Shown here piece by piece: positions 50,328 to 62,300 of a DNA stretch of 64,000 bases. Origin of the DNA: Nageia nagi. Taxonomy: Eukaryota; Plantae; Pinophyta. Position numbers and translations under genes: made by a program. Numbering within the stretch: the stretch's first letter is position 1; every line of letters begins with the position of its first letter. The stretch lies in the NCBI GenBank assembly GCA_050084985.1, contig JBITNC010000002.1, positions 24,924,001 through 24,988,000 of the forward strand. The letters are read 5' to 3'. The notes under the pieces were generated by a model. It was not told where the DNA came from. It saw nothing but the letters and a program-made list of their open reading frames with translations, and made no database searches.

Positions 50328-51264
50328 ATCTTAACAAACAGTTCTTAGAAGATGCCTAGTTTTAAAAATAGTATAAAATTAAAATGATTCAAAACCTCCA
50401 AAAAATCATTCAGCATCTTTCACTAATCAAGACCTGGCTTCTTTCCTTCTTTAAAGGGAGGAGTGAATGCAGAGCTTTTGGGGCTGTTTTTTGTAGTAGT
50501 TGTTGTTATGTAGTTAATTGTGTATACTTTAAAAAGATTATGATAAGGGATCGATCACTTTCATATATACCAAATGTACCTAAGATTTTAGATCTATGAT
50601 TTTCAAAGAAAATAAGCAAACCCCAAGTTAAAAATAATCATATCTATCTTTATGTGAGAACCTTGAAAGCCTACGCTCTTGAAGAAGATGAAATTTGAAA
50701 CCTAAAAGTGCTTTTTGAGTCCAGCCTAGATTGTGGGTGATACACACACAATTGAGACTGGACACAAAAAACACTCGTTGAATTCAAATTTCATCTTCAC
50801 CAAGAGTGTGATGCCCATGTGTGTGTATACACACAAACTCATATACACACCTGTGTGTGTACAATAACAGATAACTCCATAGCTTTTACTTATCACATAA
50901 ATAGAAAATATACTTTTTGTGTTACTTTTCTAGCATTTAAATGTTCATGTTTTTTGCTTACTCTTCACTTGATTTATTCAATAAAAATTTCCCTTTTCCA
51001 CCAATTGTATTACACAATATCACAACTTTACATGTGAAGCTTGAAACGTACGTTGAATATTCAAGCTTTCTCCCTGTACAGATGGTTTTGCCTGCTTTGT
51101 TGTCAATTATTAACAGTCGGAAAAGTTGGGCCTTTTCCAAATTGACTCAACAACATTTCAGTAGATGGCATGTTCTTTGGGATTACATTACCAAATGATT
51201 TAAATATTACATTTCTTAGTTTGATGTAACTTGCATTTCTTAACAAATAAAAAGAATAACTTAC

Positions 51265-51357
51265 AGGATTAAACACTTCCTCACCAAACCCTAATTGCTG
51301 AAGAATAGAATGAACCACGCCAGATAAATACCGTAGAATCACAGAACCAAGGCCAAC
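51265..51357 (-). CDS. PNET2: NEMP/PNET2 exon (93 nt, phase 0-0)
   Basis: atttcAG|GTT GGC..CCT|GTaagt; encodes VGLGSVILRYLSGVVHSILQQLGFGEEVFNP. Confidence 0.92.
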
Positions 51358-51478
51358 CTGAAATAACATTTCAAAATACAGTTTCTCTTAACTAAATTTA
51401 GATTCAAATACATCAAGTCAAATTGACTGACTAGGAAGAGAAGGCAAGGCCAAACTTTGATCGAAGTTATGTACTTAC

Positions 51479-51541
51479 AACCGATCCATATAAGAAAATA
51501 TATACTGTGCTTTTCCGCCCTGTTGGTAACAGCTTCATAGC
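51479..51541 (-). CDS. PNET2: NEMP/PNET2 exon (63 nt, phase 0-0), most 5' exon found in the window
   Basis: atgccAG|GCT ATG AAG CTG..GTT|GTaagt; encodes AMKLLPTGRKSTVYIFLYGSV, with the conserved MKLLPTGRK. Confidence 0.93.
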
Positions 51542-54039
51542 CTGGCATCACAAAGCATTACTGATGAGGACTTGTAAGTGAAGAATAACCATCCATGTCT
51601 TTGATGTGTGTTTGAATTCCTCCCAAGCTATTCAATAAACATCATCAGAAATGAAAACAATCGTACAGATACGAACAATGGATCCCAGCTCAAACAGGTT
51701 ACCTTGATTCCAGTAAACTCTCTTGTCTTAAATATTACCAAAGTTGAAGTTGGTAATATTATGAGTGATAGGTGTATTACATTTACAAAACTAGTTCTCA
51801 ATGAGAACATAAAACTCAAGATCTTATATAGATTCAAGCACCTCAAAGAAGATTTGGTAAATAGTTCTTTGTGGCATTATAAATCATCATCACATAGTAA
51901 ATTGATATTTTTTATCGATTTGTGGTCATGTAAGCTAATTTGGTGTTAGATTGGCCAATATAGTATTGTGCATTTGCATACAAAATAGCTTTTTAATATA
52001 AATTAAAGTGGCTAGTGTTGTGCACTGACAACTAAACACATCTTGGTTTGCATAACCATATCTTAGTATCAGAGCCAAAAAGATCCTCGGCTTGTGGAAT
52101 GGAATTTCTCCCCAACAATTTCCCCTCACCTCATTACTTTTCGACTGCATTCTTTGATTTTGAATTTTTGTTAATCAATTTTAGGAAGCCTATCAACCTC
52201 GCAATGGAGCCTCAGTGCATGCCTCTGATTTTGGCTAACTACGGCTCACCTCTACGTTCTCGACCATTCAAGATGACCCAGGTGACAAACAATTAAAGAG
52301 TACCCATATGACCCTAAATTTGTTGCAATGGAGATGAATGAAGGTGAGAGAATCATCTTCAACGACAGTAAAGACATCATAGTCTAGACGTGAGAAAGAC
52401 TCGTTTGGTACTTTCACTCTACAGGAGTTAATGGCAATCGTGCTTTCAGGGAATATACTGGCAACCAGCAGAAAGCACCCATGCCAAAGGTAATCACAAG
52501 TTCAGAATTGATTTATCTTTTGAGGCAGATATTATGAGATGGAATAACCTTCCCATTATATAGAATGTTCCTACACATTTGGAACAAGGTACCTGCAAAT
52601 CCATGGCATTGATGCCAGACTTGGTGTCTGATTTTCCCAAGAGCTTACATGTACCAAAGAATGTTTGGTAATGTTTTGGGGTGTGATGGGCAATGAAATG
52701 CAGCAGGAAAAACATTTACATTCAGCACTCCACAACGCATGCTTTGCAACTTATCCTTTGGTACAAGCCTCGATATGAACTCAGACTATTCCTTACGCTA
52801 TTACTTTTTGTACCAACTTGACAAAATTCCTCATCATTTGACAGATAAAAGTATTTTCCAACAAATTCTCTGTTTACAGGGGCTTCAAATTTGAGTCTGA
52901 TTGAGGCAACGTCAGAAGTAGAACTGTTAGAATCTTGGTTTGGAGATCTTTGTAACAAATGGTTACAAGCTACATTTACATTTTTACCTCCAACATTTAT
53001 TCTACTGTAGATCTTTTAGCACTTCTCAAGTCTTGGAATCACCCCCTTAGAGGGCCACATCATCTTAATGCGTTGGAGGTCAATGCTTCCATTGTTGGGA
53101 GGAATGATAAGGATTGTAGGAGTGTTTAGGGTCTAAACTAACCATGTGTTATGAGTAAGGATGAATGGTTTCCTTCCCTTATAGCATAGGTATTAAGGTG
53201 ATGCATATGATAACGCATCTTGTCTACTTTTTAAATTAGGATTGTTATCAGATTCTCTCATATTCATCCGTGAGATACGTTGTTTATTTTTAGCTATCTT
53301 TAGGTTGTTTATTTTTAGCTATCTTTAGGTTGTTTGTTAAAAACTAAATTTGTAATATATAGCCTATTTAAATGAATTTAAAATGAATGTAAATCATCTT
53401 GGTTTGTAGAACCATAAAACAGGCCAATTATATTTATTGGAAAGAATCTCCTATTTAAAGGAGTATACTAAAGCCTCATAATGAAATCACTTGTGATTAT
53501 TTCTTGAGTTCCAATCACTGAGTGATATATGTTTTTCCTCTCATCCACATAAGTATTACATGATATTTTAAATATTCTCTATGTTCTTTTTGCATTTTAC
53601 AGATTTTTTGGATAAATCATTGATTATTTTCTTATCCTTGTGAATTGATAAGGCCTACTTTCCAATCCTCAACATACAATAGAACAATGAAGCAAATATC
53701 ACTTGTACAAATATCATATAGTGATTGATGCTTCCTAATTTCATCAGCACGAAGGTATATTTCAAATTAAGATAACAAGATAAAAAAACATCACTTGTAC
53801 AAATCAAGAACATTCATGGAGATAGAAATTGGCTATATTTCCAATAATTGTTGATAATATAGTTGACATTCAACTATAGTTCTTTGGCACAGGGCAGAAA
53901 ATTTAAATTGACAATTGACAATGGGAGAATGGTGATTGTTATCAATATCACAAGGCAGAATAGTCACTTGTCTTAGAAAGAAAGAAAGAAAAGAAAAGAA
54001 ATTATATCAAATCAATGGATGACCAAAAGTGGTTAATGA

Positions 54040-54960
54040 GACTAGAAACCACAAAGATAGAAAAGTAATCCAACAAGGCCTACAAAAGGCCCATCCTAAT
54101 GCTAGAACAACATAATACAGCTGAATAAAGTGATAGAAGGGGTGATCAAAACCCTGAAAATGGAAGAAACCACATGCATGATGGTCAAAAGGGGAAATCC
54201 ACTTGAGCCTCTCGAGGGCGGGAGGATCATGTGGGTGCTCGCATTTGCTCCATCTAGGGGGGGTGGCTCATTCTACATTGTGACTATGGCACCACTGTTG
54301 GAGGGAAGTATGATGAGATCCATGGAGTCCTCTCGGGGAGCTCGGTGTCCTGAAGGCATCTTGTAGTGCACAAGGATGGGTAGGATCATCTCTCTATCTC
54401 TTATGAGCTCCCTCCACCAATGAGGCTCGAAAGGAAGATGTAATAAGATGAACACCCATCAGGTGCTAAGTATGAGATAGTAGGTGCTTCCACAAAAGGA
54501 AGGTCTCTTGAATGTTAAGGGCTAAAAAGCATTGATGAGTTCTAAGCATCCTGGAATAGACAATGAGAGGCCTGGATTTCATAATAGACTACGAACTAAA
54601 AGATGAAGTGGTCCTCAAACTCGGTCTCAAGTGAGCACAAACGGCAAGTACATATATCACATGCCAAATGGTGGTCAATCTCCACTCTCAGTTGATGAGG
54701 GCAAACCCTAAACTACCCTAAAAAACATACTCAACCCTAAAGGTAGGTGTAATTTGATATACCCACGAGGAAGGATCAACCCTATGTTAATTTGAAGAAA
54801 CTATTGAGAGTAGTGGGCTAACTTGGGCATGAGATGTTAAGGTGCGACCTAGGTGATCTGTATGAAAGCCCTGTAGATCGTCTCTCTAACCTCCATCAAA
54901 GAATCCCCTAGAGGACTAGATGAGCCCTCTTGGGGCATAAGTAGCATAGGTAGCCTATCA
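54040..54960 (-). mobile_element. 3' fragment of a non-L1 (RTE/RTEX-like) LINE
   Basis: The minus strand at ~54570-54710 reads RVCPHQLRVEIDHHLACDICTCRLCSLETEFEDHFIF..VYYEI, matching the R..SH.L.IE.GR..R.C..C..EDE.HF..C..Y..IR C-terminal zinc motif. Confidence 0.6.
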
Positions 54961-56340
54961 TGGGAGAAACCAAAGCTTTGAAGCAAAATTGATTTCATTT
55001 TCAATTTGTTCGTTTCTTTTCTTAATTTCTACAAATATTAACATCAATATGGTTTCAATCAAGTATAAACATGTTGATTTGGTGTTGGTGATAGAACTTG
55101 AGGACCTTCACTTAACTTTCAGTCGGTGTTTGCAATGAAACAATACTCACACGCACACTTAACACTAAAATTAATTTTTTTGTATTCCTTGTTCTACCTC
55201 CAAAGACATGCAAATGAGATGAGCCCCCTTGGCCTGTAGAGGACCCCCAACTTACAGAAAGCATTAATATGATCATAATAATCTGTAGCATTTCATTATG
55301 CAGTCAGTCACATTTTCCCCATCAGTAGCAGATCCTGTAAAGCACATGCCATCTAAAGCTTTAAGAACAGAATTTGGAACCCAATGTAAATTGAAGCTAT
55401 TGATTTGGCATTATACGAAACAAAGTCTATTTTTGATTTGGCATCAGACTTCAAAAGAATTCTGAAAAAAATATAATAAAACTCGAAAACAAAAAATCAT
55501 ATACTTTTAAAAATTTCACTGAAAAAGTGTTATTTTTATGGCTTTCTCAACAAAGCAACATCAAAGGCAAACATAAATAACAAAATTAATGATCTAAGTT
55601 TCAAAAAAATATAGGAAGCTAAATTCACCAGGTCCCCAAATGTCAAAGTACAATGACCCCATGCAGCAAGGGGTAATTTACCAAGTGAAGGAAAGGTAAA
55701 ATTCAGCATGCCAACCCGACTTTTAAGCAAAAGCTTTTGTTTTTTAAGAAAGAAGCATATAAGTGGCAAACACAGGTCAAGTGAGGCCAGGGTCTAGAGG
55801 GCTTCTGCAAAGTTTATAACTTTGTAATACACTGTATAAGTAATTACCAAATGCATATGACAAAATAGGTAAATGCATAGTCTTGACTCTTAGTGATGAA
55901 ATCCATACAACTAAAGTTTCAGTGGCAGCTTCTTTTGAAAGCTTCAGCTTAAACATAGCTGATCAAGATTCAAGAATATAGCTGATAAAGAAGTTGTATA
56001 TTTTTGCCAGTTGGGCAGTTACAAACATTTCACAAAACATATTCCAAAGCATTTTTTCATCTAAAGCACAGAAATGTACAAAAATTGATAATAGCAAACA
56101 GGGACTTCTCAATGACTCATAGTCAAGGTAGAAGCTCAATGTGGGGTCCTCAAAATGCACCCACCCAACTAATATCTTATTGTTTCTCTAGTATCTTTGT
56201 AAGGTAAATCTATAAAGGGAAGAACCTCCCTCAACATCAAAGAGAGAGTTTGACACAATTACCAAAGCATTTTCCCAAAACACTCAGCTTCACTATTAGC
56301 ATCAACTTTACATGACATCAATTTCATAGTGCCCACTCAA

Positions 56341-58350
56341 TGCCAATGATCCGAAATAGTTTTCGGAGTTGTAAAAATAAAAGTTTCAGAAAAATTGTGT
56401 TTTGTTCTCTTCAAGTCGAAGAGCTCTCCATCAGCTTTCCAACACTTTCGACGGATCGAAAATCCAATGTCATTAAGGCAATTTATTGAGGTTTTATTTT
56501 TATTATAAATAATAATTAAAGATTATTATTTATAATTTTGTAAAGGTTTATTTTAATATGCCAAAACATTTTGCAATTATCAAATGCCATTTTAAAACCA
56601 AAGACCCAATGTCCATTTCGGGGATCATATTAAAAAGGCAAGCTTCAAAATATATTGGCAGCCATTTTAAAAATGATAGGTCAAATACTAAAGAGTGTGA
56701 GTAACATTCAGACTATTCCAACAAAGCTAACGTGGGACCCATCCCGTGTATGAGATTTATCGCCATATCAAAGGGACAAAAGCGTTTCAAAAGAAGGGAT
56801 GATGAAAGAAATTGGAGGTTACGTGGGGTGTCAAAACCCATCAGGGAGACTCCCACCACCAAGCCACCTGACAGACATGGAAAACCGATGGAAAGGGGGG
56901 CCAAGTGGAGACACCGCTCGTCGTTAGACCATCCACCTAAGCCGTCAAGGAAAGCATGGCACCGCCAGAGCCTCCCTCTGTTTTAAGTTGCCGCCCATGC
57001 ACTTGGAAGAAAGGACTTGCCACACCACCGAAAGTGAACGTGGAAGAGCACATGGAGGTCCTAAGGATACAAGAGGGAGAAACTCGCCAATGTGGATGCT
57101 CAATCTAGTATATATTGTGCCAACAGTTTTGAGAACCTGCCAAAGAGGAGGACGTCAGTATTGGAGCCACCAACTAGCCCGTGGGACACACCAAAGCCAA
57201 CCACGCCAACACATTAATCCCAACCAGCCAATCACTAGTTGAGCCGCCCAATTGGACCCCACATACGTGCAAAGCATAGTAAATGCATCTAGAGACCTAC
57301 GATAGCCACATAGGAGCTCAAGTGGTGTATTCCAAAATAGTCAAAGGTGAATGTCAAGGGCGTCAATGTGAGAATACGTTTATTGGGGGAATTCAATTGG
57401 TATTTTGTTTGGGAGTTTAAAAATAGCTTGGCGGAATATTATTTGGTTGGTTTATATTTAGTACAGAGGGTGTTAATGGTATTTTAGGTGTTTGTAATAT
57501 ATGGTTAAATCCAACTAAAGTTAACAATAAGAATATTGTTAAAATTAAGTTGACAAAAACAAACCCAAACCTTAAAATGGAGATCCACAAGAAGTGCAAA
57601 GTTGACAAATGGAGATGGAGAGAATATTGTTTGTTTGTAACCAATTCTCCTACAAATGTAAACCCTTATGTTATAAAAGGGTATTAGGAGAGTGGACAAT
57701 GTTAGGTCACCTTCAGTGGGATCCTTTCCAAATGGGAGAACATGTTAATGTGTGTGTGAAAAACTCTAAGTGTGTGTGGGAGTTGCATTATTTATGTAAA
57801 ATGTGTTTGTGGAAAAAAAGAGGACCATGGACGAGATCATAGCCATGGAAGGTGAAGAAGAAAAACAAGTATGGACGAGATCATTGCAATGGAGAAAGAA
57901 GTGGACGACATAATCGCCATGATGGAAAAAAGAAGACAAAGAGTAGTTCTAAATATGTTGACCCGGGACAAGAGACATGGAACTATGCTCAAGGACTTTC
58001 AATGAGAAGAGAGTCGTCTACCAAAAAGAGATTTAGTAGCGGCCTACAGTGATCATGTGATTCGACTTCAACAAGCAAAAGAATGAAGTCTAAAGATCAT
58101 ACAAGTGACATTGTAAGAGAGTACCTACAATAATGCATTGCTATTTGCTGGAAGTAGACCACATCGGTCGAACCAGAGTAAAAACTGTCAATTTTTTTGT
58201 GTAATTGATTTTTATTTCCACAAGCACTAAAATGAACAAAGTGTGACAATCAAAATTAAATCTTGAAGTAAGGTTTACGGATCAGGCAACAATCTGAGTG
58301 TAGAGTCAATCTCTTAGTAACCGTTAAAAGATGACTTATTCCATATTCAT
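56341..58350. mobile_element. Probable ~2-kb LTR (solo-like) of a Gypsy element
   Basis: Begins TGCCAATGATCCGAAATAG.. and contains GAAGAGCTCT..AGCTTTCCAAC..CGGATCGAAAATCC, typical of plant Gypsy LTRs. CpG is retained. No clean TSD. Confidence 0.45.
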
Positions 58351-59367
58351 CTAGTATCTAACAAATGTGTGTCCTTTATAATTTATATAAATCTATTTAG
58401 TATGATTGTTGGAGACAGATCATCCTATTTTTACATACCTTCTCAAACATTCATAGATTTGTTGAGAATTATTATTGCCAATATTTCTCTTGCAATAGAC
58501 AATACTATCTTCTTTTTATATTATGTGTTTGAAGATGCTAACATGATTTTCTTTTTGTTAAACATGAAATAGAGATGTTTAATGTGTTATACACTTGACT
58601 GCTCTTAAAATCCTCATCAACTCACTAGAAAGCTTTGGGTTTTACTAAGCATTTGTAAGGTCTGTCATTGTTTACAAAATGTCTCAATGCTTCTAGCTTA
58701 CAATTTATCAGAGTACGAGTTATCAAACATGATCAAGGACACATATGGCTAACAGTTTGCAAGAGGGATGAATTAGAAAGAAGGAACCAGTTAAAGAACA
58801 TAGAAAACAATAAGAGCTAAATAGCATATAGAGTCACGTCAACTTCACGATCTGAAATTCAACAACCATCAGATTAGTAAAACTATGTTTGAGAACACAG
58901 CACCATAGGGTCAATGGAAACGTAAATCTCCGACAAATAAACCAACAATCTCTTGATAATGCTATCCCCTCTTATGCTATGCTTTAGCATATCAAATATA
59001 ACTGTTAGCATCTACAGTTATACATCACCTGTAATTTTATTTCATGGAATTATTTGTTGTAGCTTACTCTGAAGTCTACAGTTTAGAAAGTGGTCAACAA
59101 GGAATAATGTTCTCATTAATATTTTATGTCTCTCAACCACACTAGATGTTCTCTTCTCAAATCATAGTCCAACCAAGGTAGGATTCAATGCCTTATAATG
59201 CAATAGCAAGTTGAAGGCATTGTCTCAATGGTGAATTTCAAAATTTAAATCAAGTCTTCAAGTCAAAAACCATTGCCATCATCAAAACAAATTAGTAGGA
59301 CAAATTAATCTTTGCACCATAATGAGGTACATCTCACAATAAATGAAGCACATGCGAGGTTCCCATT

Positions 59368-62300
59368 TGTAAAATTGATATTTTAATAAAAATTTCATAA
59401 GATTCCAAAATGAGCTTGAGCCCAACTAACATCTATGGCTATACATAAATATACCAGGATAAAAAATGGCCTGTGGCAAAATTGACAGGCCGGATAACTC
59501 CAAGATCAAAAAGCATTCTATTAGTGTAGAATATTGTGTAAATACAATTTGAGAAAGACTCTTCATCTTCACCTTCTTGGGTGACCTTTGAGATACATTG
59601 TAACTCCTCATATTCTACAAGAAATGACTCTCTAAATTCTAGCACACTCAAAGCTACAAATTTACTTAATATAGTAAGTATCTAACACTATACTAACTAT
59701 ACCATAATCCCTAAGGATTAGGTGTCTAACATTCCCCCCTTAATCCGAAGAGAAGTTGGTAAGTTCAAGCATCTTTCTGAACTTCTCAAACTTTTCTCTT
59801 CCAAGTGCCTTGGTGAAGATGTCTGTTGTTTGCTCATCTGTAGGACAATATTTCACTTGAATTGTCTTGACCTCTCCATGATGTTGAATCAAATGATATT
59901 TTGTGTTGATGTGCTTTGTTCGATCATGAAACTTTGGATTCTTAGCCAATTGAATTGCAAAAAATATTATCAATCAAAAGTGGAGTTGGATTCACCTGTT
60001 TTTCTTGCAAATCTTCTAGTATCTTTCTGAGCCACACAATCTCCTTTGTTGCCTCTACAACAGCCACATACTCTACCTCTGTAGTGGAATCTACCGAAAC
60101 AGATTGCTTTCGTGATCTCCAAGAGATAGCTGTTGATCCAAGACTCATGGCATATCCTGAAGTCGAAACTCCTTTTTCTTTGTCACCATCAAAGTCTAAA
60201 TCTGTATATCCAATTAATTTGAAATCTCCTACTTCAGAATACTTGAGCCCTAATTCCTGTGTGCCTTTCAAATATCGAACCCTTTTTGCTACATTCCAAT
60301 GTCCTTCACACGGTTTTTGCATAAACCGAGAGAGAATTCCAACCGCAAATGAAATGTCTGGTCTAGTTGTGGTTAGATATATGAGACTCCCAACAAGTTG
60401 TCTATACTTCGTTGCATCCTCAAATGCATTCCCTTCAATAGATTTCAACTTCAAGTTTTGTTCCATTGGAGTAGAAAGGGGATTACAATCTGTCATGCCA
60501 AATCTATTCAACAATTCTCCAATGTACTTTCTTTGGGAAATGAAAATGTACTTTGGGTTTTGTGTCACTTCAACACCCAAATAGTAATGAAGATGTCCCA
60601 TATCTGTCATTTCAAAATCTCTCTTCAAATCATGTTTCACAGATGCAATGTAACTTTCATTGTTCCCAGTTATCAAAAGATCATCTACATACACCACAAG
60701 ATATACAACCGTTTTGCCAACTTTTCTGACAAACAAAGTTGCATCATCCAGATTAAAGTGTTCAAAGTTTATCTTCACAAGATGCTCAGTAAGTTTTTTG
60801 TACCAAGCGCAAGGAGCTTGTTTTAGGCCATACAAGGACTTGATAAGCTTACAAACTTTTTGTTCCTGACCTTTCACTACAAATCCTTCTGGTTGTCTCA
60901 TGTACACATTTTCTTTCAAATCACCATTCAAGAAAGCAATCTTCACATCCATTTGATGAACTTTCCATCCATACTAAGCTGACATTGCCAACAAAGAATG
61001 AATAGTAGCCCATTTTGTTGTGGGAGCAAAGGTTTCATCATAATCAATACCTTTTTTCTATGCAAAACCTTTTGCTACAAGCCTCACTTTGTGTTTCTCA
61101 AGTGAGTCATCTGATCTGTATTTGTTCTTGTAGACCCACTTGCATCCAATAGGTTTGGTTCCATATGGAGGATCCACCAACTTCCATGTCCCATTCTTGA
61201 TGAGAGCATCATACTCCTTCATAGCATCCCTCCAGACATCATGAGAAAAAGCTTCTTTAAAGGAAGTCGGCTCACAGTCAGCAAAGAAATTCAATTCACA
61301 ATCAAACGAACATTCCATATCCTCAATATGGTCACCTGAATCTGAATCCTCTACTGCTCCATCTTCAATTCTGTTTCTATAGGAACTCCTAGTTCCCGTC
61401 TTTCCAACTTCATCAGGATGAACACTCTCAAGTGTTTTGGAAAGCCACTTAGGAATCTTCTGCAATGTTTCTGGTTGCTCAACAAGCTGAGGAGGTTCTT
61501 CATCCTCATCAAGACTCAACCTATCGAACCTTTCAATCACATCATCCAAATTCTGGGACTGATGAAGAGGAAGGATCTTCTTGTGGTGGAGGAGGTGCTT
61601 GTACTGCTGGAATAGATGCAACTGTTGGATCAGGCACTTCTGAAACAGGCACAAGTGGTGTAGATTCCAATGATTGATCCAAAATAGGGATCCCCCCCTC
61701 AACATTTGGAATCTCGTAATCATGTTTAGAGAAATGCTTTCCACGGGTAAACCTATCAAGGTGATCAAGCTGCCGCTCAACAGTCAGGTCACTCTTGGAA
61801 CATTCCAGAAAAATGACATCCCTTGCAAAAAGGAACTTTTTGTTTACCTCGTCATAAAGATTATAACCCTTGGTAGTATCTGAGTACCCCAAGAAAATAC
61901 ATTTTCGACTCCTAGCACCAAGTTTGTTTCTTTGTTCCTTAGGGACTAGGGCATAACAGGTGGAACCAAAAACCCTGAGATGTCGAACCAAAGGAACATG
62001 GCCAAACCACATTTCATATGGAGTCTTATCATCAAGAGCATGAGATGGACATCTATTTCTAACATACACTGCACAAGCAACTGCATCACCCCAAAACATC
62101 ATCGAACATTTTTGAAAAACAACATTGCCTATGTCATATTCAACAAAGTTCTGTTCATTCTTTCAGCTATACAATTCTGTTGCGGATTGTGGGGAACAAT
62201 TGTTTGATGCTTGATTCCATGTTGACTAAGATAGTTCTTGAATTCATCTGAAGTGTATTCACCCCCATTATCAGAACGAAGTGTTCCAATATGAGCATTT

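Noticed and set aside
52494-52958. Two minus-strand ORFs (73 and 78 aa) in the first visible intron, considered as the missing upstream NEMP exon
   Set aside because: They lack the expected hydrophobic YY.SAM..LFQ segment and show no recognisable homology.
52060-53570. PBS-like TAGTATCAGAGCC (~52066) and PPT-plus-TG start (~53100) suggesting LTR relics
   Set aside because: No paired LTR, TSD or coding remnant could be delimited.
59955-60826. Long plus-strand ORFs of 209 and 142 aa
   Set aside because: Antisense shadows of the Copia RT/RNase H frame.
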